Positions 30,062 through 32,000 of a stretch of DNA of 32,000 nucleotides are shown piece by piece. Position numbers and translations under genes: made by a program. Position 1 is the first letter of the stretch. Each line of letters begins with the position of its first letter. The notes beneath the pieces were generated by a model that was given only the letters and a program-made list of their open reading frames with translations, was not told where the DNA came from and ran no database searches. The stretch lies in assembly GCA_013166775.1 (NCBI GenBank), contig JABLTJ010000005.1, positions 69,731-101,730 on the forward strand, read 5' to 3'. The stretch is from Promethearchaeati archaeon. GTDB lineage: Archaea; Asgardarchaeota; Heimdallarchaeia; Heimdallarchaeales; Heimdallarchaeaceae.

Positions 30062-30531
30062 CCCCTAAACTCCTCAAGATATTTGAGTTTCTTTCCGCCT
30101 TCATCAATAAGTTCCGCTAGCTTCTTATCAGCTTTTTCTCCTTTGAAACTTCCTTTTGCACAAATCATCTCATAATCTTGTCTATTATTGAATGAGAAAA
30201 GAGAATTTGACAAAGCTGGTTCTCTATCTATATGGATTGCATCCTTTGGACAATATGTCTGGCAATGACCACACCACATACATTGAGCTCTTTGTAGCCA
30301 AATCATTCCATTATCTTTATCGTCCTTCTCGATTTCTATACAATGAGTTGGGCAAACATTGACACAAGTTCCACACATGATACATCTGTCTTCTATTATC
30401 CTTGGTATGGTTCGAATATCTTCGGGAGGTGGGTGATCTCCTATTCTCTTGAGAACATGTTTTGTTACTGGTCCTTTAGCTTGATTCTTTAAGGCTTCTC
30501 CGCCCATTACTAGTACTTTTTTCATCTTCAT
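30058..30531 (-). CDS. 2x[4Fe-4S] ferredoxin subunit (NuoI/MbhN/HycF-like)
   Basis: CIMCGTCVNVCP and CMWCGHCQTYCP motifs. 4-nt overlap with the downstream nuoB-like gene. Confidence 0.85.
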   Translation of the reverse strand: MKMKKVLVMGGEALKNQAKGPVTKHVLKRIGDHPPPEDIRTIPRIIEDRCIMCGTCVNVCPTHCIEIEKDDKDNGMIWLQRAQCMWCGHCQTYCPKDAIHIDREPALSNSLFSFNNRQDYEMICAKGSFKGEKADKKLAELIDEGGKKLKYLEEFRG

Positions 30532-30536
30532 TCACC

Positions 30537-31793
30537 TCAGAAAAACGACCTATTATACTTCTTGGCTTTTATAGCCTTTCGAGCAAAATCGTCTTGGTTA
30601 AGTATCATCTTCTCACCAGTTTTTTCGTTTATAATCATAACCCTGTTAGTACAAGAGAAACATGGATCATAACTTCGAAGTATTACTGGCATATCCGCAA
30701 TATATTCACCATCCATTCTTTTGAGTGTAGCATCAATATTTCCTAAAGATGGAGCTCTGATCTTGTATCTTTCTGGAGTATCAGTACCATTAGCAATTCC
30801 AAAGTGAATATCTTCACCTCTTGGAGCTTCAGCTCTTGACATATAGCTTCCTTCAGGAATTCTAGGTTTAACTCTAGCTAAAAGCTCTCCTTGAGTAGAT
30901 TCTAATCTATCAAGTATCTGTTTACACATCTGAATAGATTCAAGAGTTTCATCTATTCTCACCATAGTTGTAGCAAGAATATCTCCTTCTGTATAATAAA
31001 CTAGATTCCAATCTATTTTATCATATAACTCATAGGGATATGACTTTCTTATATCAAATGGCAATCCTGAACCTCTTCCAGTAGGACCATTGGGTGTTGT
31101 TTTCTTTGCATCATCTTTGGTTAAGACACCTACATCTTCTAAACGATTGCGGATTGAAGCTTCTTCTGTAAAAACTTTCTTGTGGTATAATACCTTCTTT
31201 TCCAACTCATCAAGCATAGGTCTTGCTTTGTCTGCTTTTTCTTTTGGAATGTCTCGTTTTACACCACCAGGCAACATCAAAGCTGGATTAACTCTGTTCC
31301 CACTAAAATCTTCTACAATGTCCATTATTATCTCACGATCTCTCCATGAAATATGTAACATAGTATCAAAACCTGCATCGTGTGCAAGAATACCATACCA
31401 CAGAATGTGAGAATGAACACGCTCTGCTTCCAGGCTAAACATACGAATTAATCTTGCTCTTTCGGAAATTTGGTCTTCAACTCCTGCAAGTCTATCAACT
31501 ACACGTACGTAGATATTTTGATGGACAGCGCTGCAAATTCCACAAGCTCTTGGAACTAACATTGTGTTCTGTCGCCAAGTCTTATTTTCCATTGCTTTTT
31601 CAATACCGCGAAGGTTAAACCCTATTCGGATATCAGCTTCAACTACTCTTTCCCCTTTTACATGGATAATAAAATGCGCAGGTTCTTCTGCCCAAGGATG
31701 CTGTGGTCCAATAAAGATATGATGATCTGCATCAGGTGGAGCATCACTTCCATCTGTAAGAGTTCTAAATCTTGATCTAAATTCACCAGTCAT
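30537..31793 (-). CDS. Group 4 [NiFe]-hydrogenase large subunit (NuoD homolog retaining the Ni-Fe ligands)
   Basis: 418 aa. N-terminal L1 motif RACGICSAVH and C-terminal L2 motif DPCFSCTNR, followed by a 34-aa extension. GPQHP and RGIEK motifs of the NuoD/HycE family are present. Confidence 0.92.
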   Translation of the reverse strand: MTGEFRSRFRTLTDGSDAPPDADHHIFIGPQHPWAEEPAHFIIHVKGERVVEADIRIGFNLRGIEKAMENKTWRQNTMLVPRACGICSAVHQNIYVRVVDRLAGVEDQISERARLIRMFSLEAERVHSHILWYGILAHDAGFDTMLHISWRDREIIMDIVEDFSGNRVNPALMLPGGVKRDIPKEKADKARPMLDELEKKVLYHKKVFTEEASIRNRLEDVGVLTKDDAKKTTPNGPTGRGSGLPFDIRKSYPYELYDKIDWNLVYYTEGDILATTMVRIDETLESIQMCKQILDRLESTQGELLARVKPRIPEGSYMSRAEAPRGEDIHFGIANGTDTPERYKIRAPSLGNIDATLKRMDGEYIADMPVILRSYDPCFSCTNRVMIINEKTGEKMILNQDDFARKAIKAKKYNRSFF

Positions 31794-31794
31794 A

Positions 31795-32000
31795 TTAATC
31801 CTCCTCCAAAGCTTTCTTGGCTATATCCAATGTGATTTCTTTAATCTGTTCCCAGCCATATTCTTTACGTAAAGGTCTAACATCATCTGGCCATCTCTCT
31901 GGTAAAATTAACCTTTGTAAGAACGGATGGCTCTCAAAATATATACCAAAGAAGTCATAAATTTCTCTTTCGTAATAATCGGCAGAAACAAAGAAATCAA
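31795..32000 (-). CDS. NuoC-like (30-kDa subunit / MbhK-like) protein; C-terminal part only, with the N-terminus beyond the window
   Basis: My own translation: ...DFFVSADYYEREIYDFFGIYFESHPFLQRLILPERWPDDVRPLRKEYGWEQIKEITLDIAKKALEED*. EREIYD.FGI.F..HP.L.R.L and PLRK.Y are NuoC signatures. The stop lies 1 nt before the large-subunit ATG. Confidence 0.8.
   Translation of the reverse strand, partial: DFFVSADYYEREIYDFFGIYFESHPFLQRLILPERWPDDVRPLRKEYGWEQIKEITLDIAKKALEED

Overview
AT-rich archaeal chromosomal segment. The archaeal assignment rests on an archaeal-type 5S sequence, an MtaB/CDKAL1-type methylthiotransferase, an RPA32-like OB-fold protein and a group 4 [NiFe]-hydrogenase. Positions 1-10990 hold a mix of housekeeping and accessory genes: a partial ABC exporter, upp, a tandem-GNAT acetyltransferase, an ICMT/PEMT-like methyltransferase, a DEDDh exonuclease fusion, DUF1684, an MFS transporter plus APH-type kinase, two paralogous Cys-rich wHTH regulators and a thioredoxin. 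Positions 11003-19449 carry gyrB-gyrA, a radical-SAM methylthiotransferase, an OB-fold protein, YccF and a flavodoxin-like protein. Positions 19904-32000 carry hypE-hypF followed by two convergent operons. One (+ strand) encodes NuoH-A-J-K-L-N-like membrane subunits. The other (- strand) encodes NuoC-like, [NiFe] large subunit, NuoI-like and NuoB-like proteins. Together they describe a complex-I-like membrane-bound [NiFe]-hydrogenase. The most unusual element is a GC-rich island at 19459-19638 on the minus strand. It contains every conserved 5S rRNA element, but the 3' half lies upstream of the 5' half. The ancestral ends are joined by a UGCG tetraloop, and the new ends are clamped by a 10-bp leader/trailer helix with a bulge-helix arrangement. 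This is an apparently circularly permuted 5S rRNA gene, next to a divergently oriented tRNA-Ser(GCU). I saw no CRISPR array, IS element, integrase or prophage signature.
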